A stretch of DNA of 63,365 nucleotides, the filler included, from Octopus bimaculoides (Eukaryota): assembly GCF_001194135.2 (NCBI RefSeq). It is 6 parts of 5 records of this genome, joined end to end, with 100 filler letters (N's around TTAATTAATTAA, not from the genome) between each part and the next. Parts side by side here need not be neighbours in the genome. Positions count along the whole stretch, not along the records: positions 1 to 14,042 come from NC_069005.1; 5 more parts are not named here. The stretch is one strand, 5' to 3'. Both the position numbers and the translations under genes were made by a program. The number at the start of each line of letters is the position of its first letter. The stretch's first letter is position 1. Below the pieces are notes generated by a model. The model was not told the origin of the DNA and did not search any database. It saw only the letters and a list, made by a program, of their open reading frames with translations. This document shows, in pieces, positions 1-13,120 of this stretch.

Positions 1-2
1 TG

Positions 3-33
<31 letters not shown>

Positions 34-58
34 GTATATATATATATATATATAAATG

Positions 59-89
<31 letters not shown>

Positions 90-358
90 GTCTATGAATT
101 TATATAAAGAGAGAGGGAGAGAAGTGTTGGGTGCTCAACTTGATGCAGTGTCAATATTTGCATGTCTGCATTGTATCTGCGCTTATGTGCATTCATATTT
201 GTGCATGTGTGTGTGTGTGTGTTTGCCTCAAAGTGAACTCAACCCATTATTGTCTCAAATGTCTTTGGAATTAAGAAATACAACTAAAAACCATAATAAT
301 CATGTTATTGTTATCATCGTCATTGTCGTCGTCATCATTATCACTTTTATTGTTGTTG

Positions 359-396
<38 letters not shown>

Positions 397-1045
397 TTTG
401 TTGTTCTTTATGTTTTTCTTGTTGTTGCTATTGTTATGTTGCATGTAATACATATCTTGTACTATGTCTCCCTCCCTCCAATTCCTGTCCCTCTCTCCCT
501 ACCCCTCTCTCTCTCTCTTTAGCGTGTGTGTGTGTGTGTATGTATATATGGTGGAACAGAGAAAGAGAGTCTGAGAGTCAGAAGTATACAAGCTGACACA
601 GATACACAAACACACACCATATATATATATATATATATACACACACAAACACACACCATATATGCACACACGCACACACACACACACATATGTACACACA
701 CACACGCGCACGCATATAAATATATGCAAATATTTATATAAATTTGTAGATATTTGAGTGTACGAATATGCATTTATATATACATATACACATATACATA
801 TATACATATACACATATACATATATATAGATACACACACATACACACACACACACACACATATATCACATATATATATATACATATATATAAATATGCAT
901 GTGTATGTGTGTATATATATATATTTGTGTATACATATATATTTGTGTATACATATGTGTGTGTATGTAAATATATATACACACACGCACACACTCACGC
1001 ACACATATATAAACATATAGACACTGTGTATATATAGTGTAGTGT
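1..1045. repeat. Compound microsatellite field (TA, CA/GT, ATT, CT)
   Basis: Direct reading; explains the low-complexity ORFs here. Confidence 0.95.
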
Positions 1046-1074
1046 GTGTACTCTCACATGCACATTCTAACATC

Positions 1075-1644
1075 TTTATTCACAGTACTTTTCGCTTCAT
1101 GTTTTGATATTTCCATATTGTACGATATATTGGTATACAAATATATTATACGCATTCCCTTTGTTTATTGCTACATCACAGTGCATTAAAGATTGCAGCG
1201 CACCATATTGTATTACTTCGACATTGCATTGCATTGTAACGTTGTTCATTGTCTGCCCTTGTGGCTTCGTAAAGGTATTATCCCTTCATCACTAGCTTTT
1301 GCTCAAACAACAAAATAGCAACCGATCAACTACAAGAAAAACAATGAAAATATTAAGGGAAAAAATAAAGAAATTAATCACACAGACATGCATTCAAAAT
1401 ATAAACAAATGAAACAACAACCACCATTGCAACAATGATATCAATGAAGAAGCAAAAATGTAAAACTCATTTAAACAAAGGATTGTCATCACATCAAGCC
1501 ACTTTGCATTTCGAAGGCAGCACAAGCCCGTTGTCTTTTCTCTTTTGTTTTAAATTCCTTTCAACATCTCAATAGGTTCAATTAGTGGCGGATACTGAGA
1601 TGCTGGAATTCTGTGTTGATTCTGTAGATCTTTTGTGCCATGTT
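1075..1644 (-). CDS. Candidate 3'-terminal exon (short coding end plus 3'UTR) of an unidentified host gene
   Basis: Minus-strand acceptor tcctttctccattcaattgtttcccatgcAG at 1645-1646; all three frames end within 100 nt (e.g. TWHKRSTESTQNSSISVSATN*); unique sequence follows with AATAAA at 1169-1164 and 1080-1075; no protein family recognised. Confidence 0.3.
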
Positions 1645-2274
1645 CTGCATGGGAAACAATTGAATGGAGAAAGGACGGATAGATGGTCGGACAGACAAGA
1701 CTGAGAAACAGATGGATGAACGGTCTGGTGGCCGGACACACATACATTCACTTTTGTATATGTGAACGTACACACACATGCACAAACACACATGTACATA
1801 CACAAACACACATACGTTCACACAAATTCATGCAAACATATTTTGAAAAATTAAAACACCTGGTTGTGGGCGAAATGATAAGGTAAACATTTTTCTGTGC
1901 CTTATATATTATTTGTGCATGTATTTGTGTGCATAAGTATATATATATATACATGCGTGTGTGTTTATGTGTGTGTGTGTGTATGTATATATATATATAT
2001 ATATGGGTACATATATATATGGGTACATATTTGCTGATGGGCTGCAATCATCCCAAACACCTGTAGCCCCTGTCAGTTTATATGTATACATTTAAGGGCT
2101 TTTCCTACAGCACAGCATTAAGAGCATTTTAACTCTTATTTCTAAATAGGTGTCTTGACATCCTTAATCATGTTTACTGATGATTGTATTTTTCCTTTGT
2201 GCATCACATTGTGTCTAGCCGTTTATATTAATTTATGTAAATATATATATCAAATTGAGTTTGGAGGGATGCAT

Positions 2275-2545
2275 TTACTTCTTTATTGCCCACAAGGGGC
2301 TAGATAAACATAGAGGGGACAAACAAGGACAGACAAAGGCATTAAGTCGAATAAATCGACCCCAGTGCATAATTGGTACTTATTTAAACGACACTGAAAG
2401 GATGAAAGGCAAAGTCGACCTCGGCGGAATTTGAACTCGGAATGTAACAGCAGAGGAAGGACATATTATCTGGGCGGATACCATGTTAGCTCTCAGGTAT
2501 TTTGTCCAATGCTGTCACGATTCTGTTCTAACCGTTCTCAATGCA
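2275..2545 (-). mobile_element. tRNA-derived SINE family A, decayed
   Basis: Matches other copies (e.g. 43716-43953): ttattgcccacaagggg...gacaaacaaggacagac...aaagtcgacctcggcggaatttgaactc. Confidence 0.8.
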
Positions 2546-3064
2546 AACACATCAGCATGAGTGCTTTCGTGTCACCGGCATGGGTACCTCTTATGTGTTG
2601 CTGGCACAGGTGCCTTCTGCATGCCACCAGCACTGGCCATGACTACAATTATACATATAATATATATACAGGCAACACATACACGAAATGAGACTTGGCT
2701 TGTACTTACTGACACTCATTGAACAGAGGTTTGCCAATGTGCCAACTGCAACCACTACCACAAGAGACTGTGGGACTGGACCCAAAACTCTGTTGGTGAA
2801 AACACAAGCTTCTTTACCACAGACCCCTATCAAGATTGTCTGATGAAAGGGATATGATGATGATCAGGATAATGATGATGATGATGAATGCAAAGAGTGA
2901 GAACAAGTACCACAAGGTATTCTGACTGATGTTCTCATGATTCTAGCAATCTGTAATTAAAAATTATTAATATAATTTTATTAATCATCATCATAATTTA
3001 CTGTTATTTGCACAACTATCAAATCATTAATTATATTAATCATATCAATTATGACTATAATTAC

Positions 3065-3100
<36 letters not shown>

Positions 3101-3127
3101 ACTTTTAAATATTGAAACCGTTACTAT

Positions 3128-3429
3128 TTGCATTGAGAACAGTTAGAACAGAATTGTGCAGAGCATTGGACAAAATACCTGGTAGTATTTCTTCTAACTC
3201 CTCAAGTCCCGAGTTTAAATTTCACCAGGATTGGACTTTGCCTTCCAACCTTCCGGTGTCAAAAAAGTAGAATACCAGTCAAATACTGAGGTCAGTAGTC
3301 TCAAATAAGTACCTTCTCTTAAAACTACTGGCCTTGATTCAGAATTTGGAACCATCATTACTACTATTATTGATTATAACATCGTTGTTACCATCAATAA
3401 TGTTGTTGTTGTCACCATCAACACTGTTG

Positions 3430-3472
<43 letters not shown>

Positions 3473-3687
3473 GGTGGAAAGATGGAAGAATTATTAGCAC
3501 ACATGACAAAGCGCTTAGTGGTATTTTGTCTGTCTTGATGTTCCAGGTTCAAATTCTGCTCAGGTCAACTTTGCTTTTCACCCTTTTTGGGATTGATAAA
3601 ATAAATACCAGTTATGCACTGGGCTTGAGGTTATCAACTAGCCTCACTTCCCCCAAAATTTCAGGCCCCTGTGCAAATAATAGAAAG

Positions 3688-3688
<1 letters not shown>
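3128..3688 (+). mobile_element. Two decayed SINE family A copies separated by (ATT)n
   Basis: B-box-like gttcaaatt, gtcaactttgcttttcacc core, ccccaaaatttcaggcc tail. Confidence 0.7.
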
Positions 3689-3718
<30 letters not shown>

Positions 3719-3832
3719 GAGATGAATGCTTTGGCTAAACAATTGCGTCTACGTTTATATTCTTTCTGGCAAGATCTACACAAGAACCTACGTTTACAAC
3801 AGTTATCTTTCTTGGTACACGCTGTGCACTTA

Positions 3833-3870
<38 letters not shown>

Positions 3871-4435
3871 CTTTATCATTATGATTATTATTACTGTTAT
3901 TATTATAACTATTACTGTTGTTGTTATTATTATTTAATATTTATTATTATTATTATTATTATTATTTAATATTTATTATTATTATTATTATCATTATTGT
4001 TATTATTATCACAAGCGTCATCATAATAAACAATTATTATTATTATTATTATTATAATTTTTTTATTGATAACCATGTCCTGCAGTTTGTTTTAGCGGAT
4101 TAAGATAACGTATGGTTTCACAATTGATAAAAAAAAAAAGAAATTAATTCTAAAACACAAAAAGAACTGTAGAGAAGATGTCTGAAGATTAATTATGTTA
4201 TTCTAAAACGAGTCACACACATGTGTGTGCTCACGCATACATGCACATGCACACACCCACACAGTCACACACACACACACACACACACACATGCGTACAC
4301 ACACAAACACTCACACACACATTTGGTTACCAGTTTATATTTCTTTGTCTGACACACAAATGATTTCTGCTAGCCTGTCACTCTATCATAAAATATAATA
4401 ATAATAATAGTAAGAAGAAGAAGAATAATAATGAT

Positions 4436-4660
4436 GATCCTTTTTACTACAGGTGTAAGACCTGAAATTTTTTGGTGAGGGTTAAGTCAATTACATTGAC
4501 CCCAGTACTCACCTGGAAATTAATTTATCAACCCCGAAAGGATGAAGGGTAAAGCTGACCTTGGTGGAATTTGAACTCACAACATAAGGACAGACAAATT
4601 GCCACTAAGTATTTTGTTTGGTCTGCTAATGTTTCTGTCAGCTCACTGCCTGTTGCCTTG

Positions 4661-4699
<39 letters not shown>

Positions 4700-4916
4700 C
4701 TTTCTACTAAAGGCACAAGGCCTGAAATTTTTCAGGGAGGAGACTCATCGATTACATTGACCCCAATGTTTCACTGGTACTGAATTTATTGACTCTGAAA
4801 GGATGAAAGGCAAAGTCAACCTCGGCGGAATTTGAGCTCAGAACACAAAAACAGACAAAATACCATTAAGAATTTTGCCCAGCACACTAACATTTCTGCC
4901 AGCTTGCCACATGAGC

Positions 4917-4980
<64 letters not shown>

Positions 4981-5338
4981 AATAATAATAATAATGGTAA
5001 TAATAATAATAATAGTCCTTTCTGCTACAGACACAAAGCATGAAATTTTGGGGGTGGTAACTAGTCAGTTACACCAACCCCAGTACATGACTGGTACTTA
5101 ATTTGGGGGTGGTGACTAGTCAGTTACATCAACCCCAGTACATGACTGGTACTTAATTTGGGGGTGGTGACTAGTCAGTTACACCAACCCCAGTACATGA
5201 CTGGTACTTAACTTATCAGCCCTGAAAGACTGAAAGTCAAAGTTGACCTCAGTGGAATCTGAACTCAGAACATAAAGATGGACGAAATGCCACAAAGAAT
5301 TCCACCCAGCAATCCAATGATTCCGCCAGCTGGCCGCC

Positions 5339-5340
<2 letters not shown>
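4436..5340 (-). mobile_element. Three tandem SINE family A copies (about 4436-4659, 4698-4912, 5016-5340)
   Basis: Repeated gaaaggatgaaaggcaaagtcaacctcggcggaatttga core, separated by (AAT)n/(TAC)n. Confidence 0.85.
5047..5211. repeat. 55-bp unit tandem triplication inside a SINE
   Basis: Units start at 5047, 5102 and 5157 (tttgggggtggt(a/g)actagtcagttaca...actggtacttaa). Confidence 0.95.
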
Positions 5341-5399
<59 letters not shown>

Positions 5400-5440
5400 T
5401 AATAATAATGATAATAATAATAATAATGATAATAATAATG

Positions 5441-5474
<34 letters not shown>

Positions 5475-5485
5475 TAATAATAATG

Positions 5486-5541
<56 letters not shown>

Positions 5542-5543
<2 letters not shown>

Positions 5544-6142
5544 GAGCACTCACAGAGTGAAGACCTCTGCCAAGGCAACACCAACGTCCAATCAATGATT
5601 AGCCGGAGATGATTTTTAAAACAGGAATATCTGAAATAAACTTGACTGCTCTCACAAACGAGAATACTAAAAATGAATCTGACCGCTCTCAAAAATTAAG
5701 TAAAAAAACAGAAAAATAATCCAGAATCCTTGTCTGGTACCTGATTGATCCCAATGATAGACATGGGATGTGAAGGTGGCTGTAGAAAATTTAGTAACAG
5801 TAATAAATAGTTTATCCTTATCTAATACAAGCCAAAGTTAATGAATTCATTATTTGAAATAGTTACAGCCTAAAGGGAGATAATTGGGAAAGACTTGAAA
5901 GTTAACATAAGATCGTAATCATGTAAAGTAAAGTAAATATAACAAATAATCAAGAATCCTTATCTGGTCTCAGACCGATCCCAAAATCTAATCAGTTTGT
6001 GTCAGTCATGAGACTAAACATCCCTGAAAGTTTCATCCGAATCCATCCAGCAGTTCTTGAGATATCATGGACAAACAAACAAAGGGAACTAACAAACACT
6101 ACTAAAAACAATACCTCTGCCTTCGCTAAGGCAGAGGTAATA
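5542..6142 (-). mobile_element. Non-autonomous Helentron/DINE-1-like (HINE) element
   Basis: 12-bp-arm hairpin TACCTCTGCCTT-cgct-AAGGCAGAGGTA at 6112-6139, the same ACCTCTGCC motif near the other end (5563-5571), and a homologous copy at 9130-9440. Confidence 0.6.
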
Positions 6143-6212
6143 ACCAAAGCATACCAAGGCAACCCTAGTGGTAGCACCAGTTTGCTATGGTGCTCCATTT
6201 TTTGAGAATTAC

Positions 6213-6338
6213 TGATGCTCAGTGTTATCGTAGTGAACAGCTGTGCGGCGCCAGTCATGAGATGATGATGGTGATGAGGAAGAATTGCAGATTTTTCAGA
6301 GTTAAGCGTTTTGGCCTCCAAAACATGACCACAGTGTC
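6213..6338 (-). CDS. Candidate internal exon (126 nt, phase 1-1)
   Basis: Acceptor attacatcctattctatcacaAG, donor GTAATT, open frame GHCGHVLEAKTLNSEKSAILPHHHHHLMTGAAQLFTTITLSI; no homology recognised. Confidence 0.2.
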
Positions 6339-6437
6339 CTTGTGATAGAATAGGATGTAATCAGCTGATCTCTTATCATTTATCTTTTTTTTTTCTCTGG
6401 ATACCTGTAGATGGCTTAAACATACACACACTCACCC

Positions 6438-6486
<49 letters not shown>

Positions 6487-6789
6487 TACACACACATTGG
6501 TAAACAAAAAAATCAGCATAGCAACAACCACAACAACCACCACCACAACAACAGCCAAGCATGCAATCTGCCTATAACAGTATTTCAATAATGGTTTTAC
6601 TCTCATGCTTGTTGTGGTCAAAATAAGCTACGTGTCTTCTCCTCCTCCTCCTCTCCTTGCACCCCCACTCTCATTCTTTACCCCCTGCCACCACCACCAC
6701 TTAAAATCCCATCTCGTTAATTATATCAAAACAGGAAATTATTTTCTGCATGTCTCCAATAATTAACTTAGACATGGATAATCTCTGTC

Positions 6790-6899
6790 TCATGCACACA
6801 CATGTGTATGCATATATGTCTCTGTATGTGAGTGTTTGTGTGTGTATATATGTGTATGTGCATATATGTGTATGTGCATAAATGAATGTGTATGTATGC

Positions 6900-6943
<44 letters not shown>

Positions 6944-7044
6944 CTAAGCCTGTAAGTATGTATATACATATGTATATATATCAAGTAGATGCATCTCTAT
7001 ATATGTGTGTGTGTGTATGTATGTGTGTATATAGCTATATATAT

Positions 7045-7117
<73 letters not shown>

Positions 7118-7476
7118 TATGTATGTCTGTGTATACACACACACACACACACACACCTACACACTATTACAAATACCTGTATGTAGATAGATATCAAAGG
7201 GCTGCGTAACTAACACTGTTATCATATAATCACTAGTGTGTATATATATTTTCATGTATGTATGAATATATATATATTTGTATATACATATATATGCATA
7301 TGTATATACAGATATATGTGTATATATATGTATATATGAATATATGTATACATATATATATATATATGCATGTATATATGTACATATATATCTATATGTA
7401 TGTATATGTATACATGTATATATATGTACATATGTATATATATATATATGTATATATATGTATGTACATATGTATG

Positions 7477-7507
<31 letters not shown>

Positions 7508-7660
7508 GTATGTACATATGTATGTATATATATATATATATGTATATATATGTATGTACATATGTATGTATATATATATATGTATGTATATATATATATA
7601 TATGTATATATATGTATGTACATATGTATGTATATATATATATGTATGTATATATATATG
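6790..7660. repeat. TA/CA/TATG microsatellite field
   Basis: Direct reading. Confidence 0.95.
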
Positions 7661-7852
7661 GACATGCCATACTTGTGTGATTAACATTCTCACTGATCAG
7701 CAACTGATCATAACAGTTTTACAATAAGAAAAAAACCAAAACAAAACAAGCAAAAAAATTAAAAGGCAAAAAAATAAAAAAAAGCAGCCCAAAAACGACG
7801 ATGACAACAACAACAGTAGCAGCAGCAGCAACAACAACGACAACAGAGTTAC

Positions 7853-7955
7853 TTTGATGGATCCGGAAGGTTCTGGTAGTCATGATTTCTGCTTGTTCTG
7901 GCAGTTGCAAATATATTTAGCCAGCGGCTGGTTCGCTCTATAATTGGCTGCAAAT
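7853..7955 (-). CDS. Candidate internal exon
   Basis: AG acceptor at 7956-7957, GTAACT donor at 7852-7847, open frame DLQPIIERTSRWLNIFATARTSRNHDYQNLPDPS; phase-compatible with the 1644 exon. Confidence 0.2.
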
Positions 7956-8509
7956 CTAATGTTGGAAAATGTTAGGAAACTGGTAATTGGAATCAAATAT
8001 AAGCATGTAGCCCTCCCTCCCCCCGAACCCTTGTCTGTTGCCCACTAATCCATCCTGTGCCAATTTCCCTCTCCCCGCATTCTGCTTCCTTCTACCTGAC
8101 ACCTATTCTCTCTCTTTCGCTCTCACTTGCTCGTTCTCTAGCTTTGTCTCGTTTTATCTGTTTGTGTCTCATTTTTTTCTTTTTGGTAACTTCTCACTAC
8201 AATTGCTTCGATTAAAGGTGATAAATGAAGGTAAAGTTTCTAGATGTATGTCTGCATTTTTGTATTTACTGCTTGTTGAGATTTCATGTAAGCATGATGT
8301 TGCTTCAGCCTGGTCGTAGCTGAGAATTGTCCCTCTGGTTGGAAATAGTTAAGGTGTAAACAATTTTGTTTTTGCTTATTTAAAATGAACTAATGAGAGA
8401 CACTTGCTGTTGTTGTTTTACATTGGAAATCTGCTATGACTAACTAGAGATATAATCAAGTAGAGATGGGATCAGAGAGAGATGGGATGAGAGAGATAGG
8501 ATCAAGAAG

Positions 8510-8790
8510 AGATAAGACAAAGCAGAGGTAGGACAAAGCAGAGGTAGGACATAGCAGAGATAAGACAAAGCAGAGATAGGACAAAGCAGAGGTAGGACAA
8601 AGCAGAGGTAGGACATAGCAGAGATAGGACAAAGCAGAGATAGGACAAAGCAGAGGTAGGACAAAGCAGAGGTAGGACAAAGCAGAGGTAGGACATAGCA
8701 GAGATAAGACAAAGCAGAGGTAGGACAAAGCAGAGGTGAGAGAAAGCAGAGGTAGGACAAAACAGAGATGGCACAAAACAGAGAAGGACA
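8510..8790. repeat. 16-bp minisatellite (ggacaaagcagaggta), about 17 copies
   Basis: Direct reading of tandem units. Confidence 0.95.
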
Positions 8791-8796
8791 GATAGT

Positions 8797-9128
8797 GAAG
8801 GCGCATAGCTCAGTGGGTAGAGTGTCGAGCTTACGATCGTGAGGTTGTGAGTTCGAATCCCAGACTGGGCGGCGTGTTGTGTTCTTGAGCAAGACACTTT
8901 ATTTCACGTTGCTCCAGTTCACTCAGCTGTAGAAATGAGTTGTGACATCACTGGTGCCAAGCTGTATCGGCCTTTGCCTTTCCCTTGGATAACATTGGTG
9001 GTGTGGAGAGGGGAGGCTGGTATGCATGGGCGACTGGTGGTCTTCCATAAACAACCTTACCTGGACTTGTGCCTGGGAGAGTAACTTTCTAGGTGCAATC
9101 CCATGGTCAGTCATGAACGAAGGGGGTC
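8797..9128 (+). mobile_element. tRNA-headed SINE family D
   Basis: A-box-like tagctcagtgg, B-box gttcgaatcc, central ttgagcaagacactttatttcacgttgctccag domain shared with 37200-37305. Confidence 0.85.
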
Positions 9129-9129
9129 T

Positions 9130-9440
9130 CAGCAGACAAGATCTCTCAAGAACTGCAAGATGGATTCAGATGAAACTTTCAGGGATGTTTGGCCTCGTGA
9201 CTGGCACAAACCAATTTGATTTTGGGATCGATTTTGTACTGGGCATGGATTCTGAATTATTTTTCCCATCCTTTATTTACTTAATTTTTGAGAGCGGTTG
9301 GGTTCATTTCCAGTAATCTCATTTGTGAGAGCAGTTGAGTTTATTTCAGATATTCTCATTGTAAAAATCATCTCTGGCTAATCGTTAAGAGGACGTTGGT
9401 GTTGTCTTGGGGGAGGTTTGTATGCTCTGAGTGCTCTTGT
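9130..9440 (+). mobile_element. Second HINE-like copy, lacking its 5' end
   Basis: Reverse-complement homology to 5960-6070 (ggatgaaactttcagggatgttt) and to the 5542-5590 end (ggacgttggtgttg...gaggt...gagtgctctt). Confidence 0.6.
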
Positions 9441-9619
9441 TTTTTTTTTGTGTGTGTGTGGGGGGGGGGCGATTTATGTTCTTGTTCTACATCTTCCTTC
9501 ATGCCAGTGAAGCAGGGGGCATTCGTGCAGACTGCAATGGATTGGGTTTACCATTCTGTTTTTTTACCTGGTGTTTCATGAGGAATAACTATGGTATTTC
9601 CTTGTAGATGTGTTTGGTG

Positions 9620-9915
9620 GATCATGGGTGTGTGTATGTACGTTTGTGCGTGTGTATGTGCATCTCATCTCCTTCATGTCTATATGAGTGTGTGTATGGG
9701 AATTGATGGATGTATGTAAGTATGTGTATTGGTGTATGTTCCAGAATGTGTTTGTGTGTGTGTTTGTGTCTGTGTGTGTTCATAGCTTTTCTTCTGGTCC
9801 CTGTGTCAGTGTGTATGTGTGTGTATGTATATGCATATATACAGGTATCTATATATATGTGTATGCATGTATTTGTATACTCCTGTGTATATAAGCATGT
9901 GTATGTGTGTATATG

Positions 9916-9956
<41 letters not shown>

Positions 9957-10314
9957 ATGCATTGACACTTCTCTTGTTCCTGTATATGTGTATATAAGTG
10001 TGTATCTGTGTATATGTAGATGCATGTGTATTTGTACTCCTGGATATATATATCTGTGTGTGTGTGTAACATACGCATACATGTTTATATATGTGTGTTT
10101 GTGTGTATAAGTGTGTTTGCATTTGTATGCATGCATGTGTCTGTGTGTGTGTGTGTTTATACATTACCTTCTCCATATTCCTATATGAGTGTGTATGTGC
10201 ATATAATGTGTGTGTATGCATGTGTTAGAGTATGTGTGTGTGACTTAGTCTGGTCTATGTGCATCTCTTCTTCCAACCCATTCTTATATATGTATGCACA
10301 TATGTATATATATA

Positions 10315-10353
<39 letters not shown>

Positions 10354-10672
10354 ATCTGTGTTTGTGTATGTATGTCTGTGTGTACGTTCATGTGTTTATT
10401 TCTGTGTTGCTATGTGTCTACATTTGTGTGCATGTGTGCATGCAGGAAGGATCTTCCAAGCTGTGTGACTGTGTGTGTGTTAATGTGTCTGTTAGCATGT
10501 GTGTGTGTGTGTGTAGGATGTTAATGGAGGTAAACAACTGTCAAGTTGAACTCCATTATCATTGTTGAAGTTTGTTGGTTGTATTTCCTGATGATGGCTT
10601 TTATATAACATCATCGTATTCCCCCTCACCACCACCACCACCACCACTACCCTCCTGTCTCTCTCCCTAAAT

Positions 10673-10713
<41 letters not shown>

Positions 10714-10835
10714 CATGCATACACACTCATACACACTCATACACAAACACACAGAGGAACATGTATATATGTATGTGAATTTATATATTTATATATAAAT
10801 ATATAGATATATACTCATTCATACATATGTTCATG

Positions 10836-10867
<32 letters not shown>

Positions 10868-10893
10868 AACATGCATGTATTTATTTGTATATA

Positions 10894-10937
<44 letters not shown>

Positions 10938-12130
10938 CACACATACAAATAAATATATATATATACAAATATATATATATATATACAAATATATATATAT
11001 ATATACAAATATATATATATATATACAAATATATATATATATATACAAATATATATATANNNNNNNNNNNNNNNNNNNNNNNNNNNNNNNNNNNNNNNNN
11101 NNNNNNNNNNNNNNNNNNNNNNNNNNNNNNNNNNNNNNNNNNNNNNNNNNNNNNNNNNNNNNNNNNNNNNNNNNNNNNNNNNNNNNNNNNNNNNNNNNNN
11201 NNNNNNNNNNNNNNNNNNNNNNNNNNNNNNNNNNNNNNNNNNNNNNNNNNNNNNNNNNNNNNNNNNNNNNNNNNNNNNNNNNNNNNNNNNNNNNNNNNNN
11301 NNNNNNNNNNNNNNNNNNNNNNNNNNNNNNNNNNNNNNNNNNNNNNNNNNNNNNNNNNNNNNNNNNNNNNNNNNNNNNNNNNNNNNNNNNNNNNNNNNNN
11401 NNNNNNNNNNNNNNNNNNNNNNNNNNNNNNNNNNNNNNNNNNNNNNNNNNNNNNNNNNNNNNNNNNNNNNNNNNNNNNNNNNNNNNNNNNNNNNNNNNNN
11501 NNNNNNNNNNNNNNNNNNNNNNNNNNNNNNNNNNNNNNNNNNNNNNNNNNNNNNNNNNNNNNNNNNNNNNNNNNNNNNNNNNNNNNNNNNNNNNNNNNNN
11601 NNNNNNNNNNNNNNNNNNNNNNNNNNNNNNNNNNNNNNNNNNNNNNNNNNNNNNNNNNNNNNNNNNNNNNNNNNNNNNNNNNNNNNNNNNNNNNNNNNAT
11701 ATATATATATACAAATATATATATATATATATACAAATATATATATATATATATACAAATATATATATATATATATACAAATATATATATATATATACAA
11801 ATATATATATATATATATACAAATATATATATATATACAAATATATATATATATATATATATATATTTGTATGTGAATATATGTATGTATGTGTGTATGT
11901 ATGTATATCTATATATGTATATGTATATATATATGTGTGTGTGTACAAATACATACATACAGATACTCCTCATCATTATACTATCCACTTCTCCAGGCTC
12001 ACATATGCATGTACATAAGTGACTCACATACGCATATATATATATATGCATGTACCTATGAATATACATATATATATATATACTCATAAATACATACATG
12101 TATATATGTACGTATGTGTACATAAATACA
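9620..12130. repeat. GT/TA microsatellite field, including a (tatatatatatatacaaa)n array flanking a gap
   Basis: Direct reading. Confidence 0.95.
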
Positions 12131-12289
12131 TGTATATCTGAAAGCCTCTTGATGTTTGCATCATAATGGACCTCCAGGATTTTTAATTTCTCACAAATGG
12201 GTTGCTATAGAGGATGATTTTCAGTGCAAGGAAGCCTCAGAGTGGTTATGTTATTAATAATAATTTAACTTACCGATTGAAGGGTTTCA

Positions 12290-12380
12290 TACAGTTCTAC
12301 ATTTAAGAGATGAGGAATTCTGTACATTATTTACATTGTTTACATTCGACGGATATTTGTCCTCATCTTGTTTGTTGATG
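12290..12380 (-). mobile_element. 3' tip of the hammerhead-tailed (PLE pLTR-like) repeat
   Basis: Homologous to 14700-14760, 13000-13055 and 17140-17222 (gatgaggacaaatatccgtcaaatgtaaataatgt). Confidence 0.75.
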
Positions 12381-12421
12381 AGAGAGAGTCTTGATGTATT
12401 ACTGAATTGCATACATCAAGA

Positions 12422-12490
12422 CTTGATGAAAATAGAGTCCTTGATGAAAATAGAGTCCTTGATGAAAATAGAGTCCTTGATGAAAATAGA
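12422..12490. repeat. 18-bp tandem repeat (cttgatgaaaatagagtc) x about 4
   Basis: Direct reading. Confidence 0.95.
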
Positions 12491-12551
12491 GGTCTAACAA
12501 ACAAAAAATAAAGCTAAGGTGGGTGGAAATATGTGTGTGTTTGTGTGGTTA

Positions 12552-12966
12552 TATACTCTTTTATTCTTGTAATTGTTTCAGTCATTTGACTGCGGCTATG
12601 CTGGAGTACCGCCTTTTAGGCGAGCAAATCGACCCCAGGACTTATTCTTTGTAAGCCTAGTACTTATTCTATCGGTCTGTTTTGCTGAACTGCTAAGTTA
12701 CGGGGACGTAAACACACCACCATCGGTTGTCAAGTGATGGTGGGAGGACAAACACAGACACAAAAACACACACACATATATATATACATATACATATATA
12801 TGATGGGCTTCTTTCAGTTTCCGTCTACCAAATCCACTCACAAGGCTTTGGTCGGCCCGAGGCTATAGTAGAAGACACTTGCCCTAAGTGCCATGCAGTG
12901 GGACTGAACCCAGAACCATGTGGTTGGTAAGCAAGCTACTTACCACACAGCCACTCCTGCACCTAT
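12552..12966 (-). mobile_element. tRNA-derived SINE family B, near full length
   Basis: Head rc ggtgcaggagtggctgtgtggtaag...ggttcagtcccactgc, internal (CA/TA)n, tail gcatagccgcagtcaaatgactgaaac; many homologues in the window. Confidence 0.9.
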
Positions 12967-13120
12967 ATATGTATATGTATATTATTTACATTTGACGTGT
13001 TAACAACAAACAAGATGAGGACAAATATCCATCAAATGTAAATAATGTAAATAGAGTAAAGTTAATATTTACACACCCAAAATACACACCCCTGGTAACA
13101 AGCTTTTGAAAAAAAATGGA

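Noticed and set aside
1576-1700. Plus-strand peptide MLEFCVDSV resembling the CutC N-terminus
   Set aside because: Similarity is limited to a few residues, with no continuation and no donor site.
8797-8870. tRNA-like sequences (also 15540-15606, 14401-14538, 44750-44819)
   Set aside because: They lack a complete cloverleaf and acceptor stem and continue into repeat bodies; they are SINE heads.
8440-8897. Cys/Leu-rich repetitive ORFs
   Set aside because: They are translations of the 16-bp minisatellite.
9500-9575. Plus-strand segment EAGGIRADCNGLGLPFC after a good acceptor
   Set aside because: The donor is poor and alternative frames are equally plausible; no support without expression data.
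10781-12123. Long ORFs in the track (also 16258, 22838, 30410, 35729, 47337, 52819, 59318 and similar)
   Set aside because: They read through N-gaps and microsatellites and are not real coding sequence.
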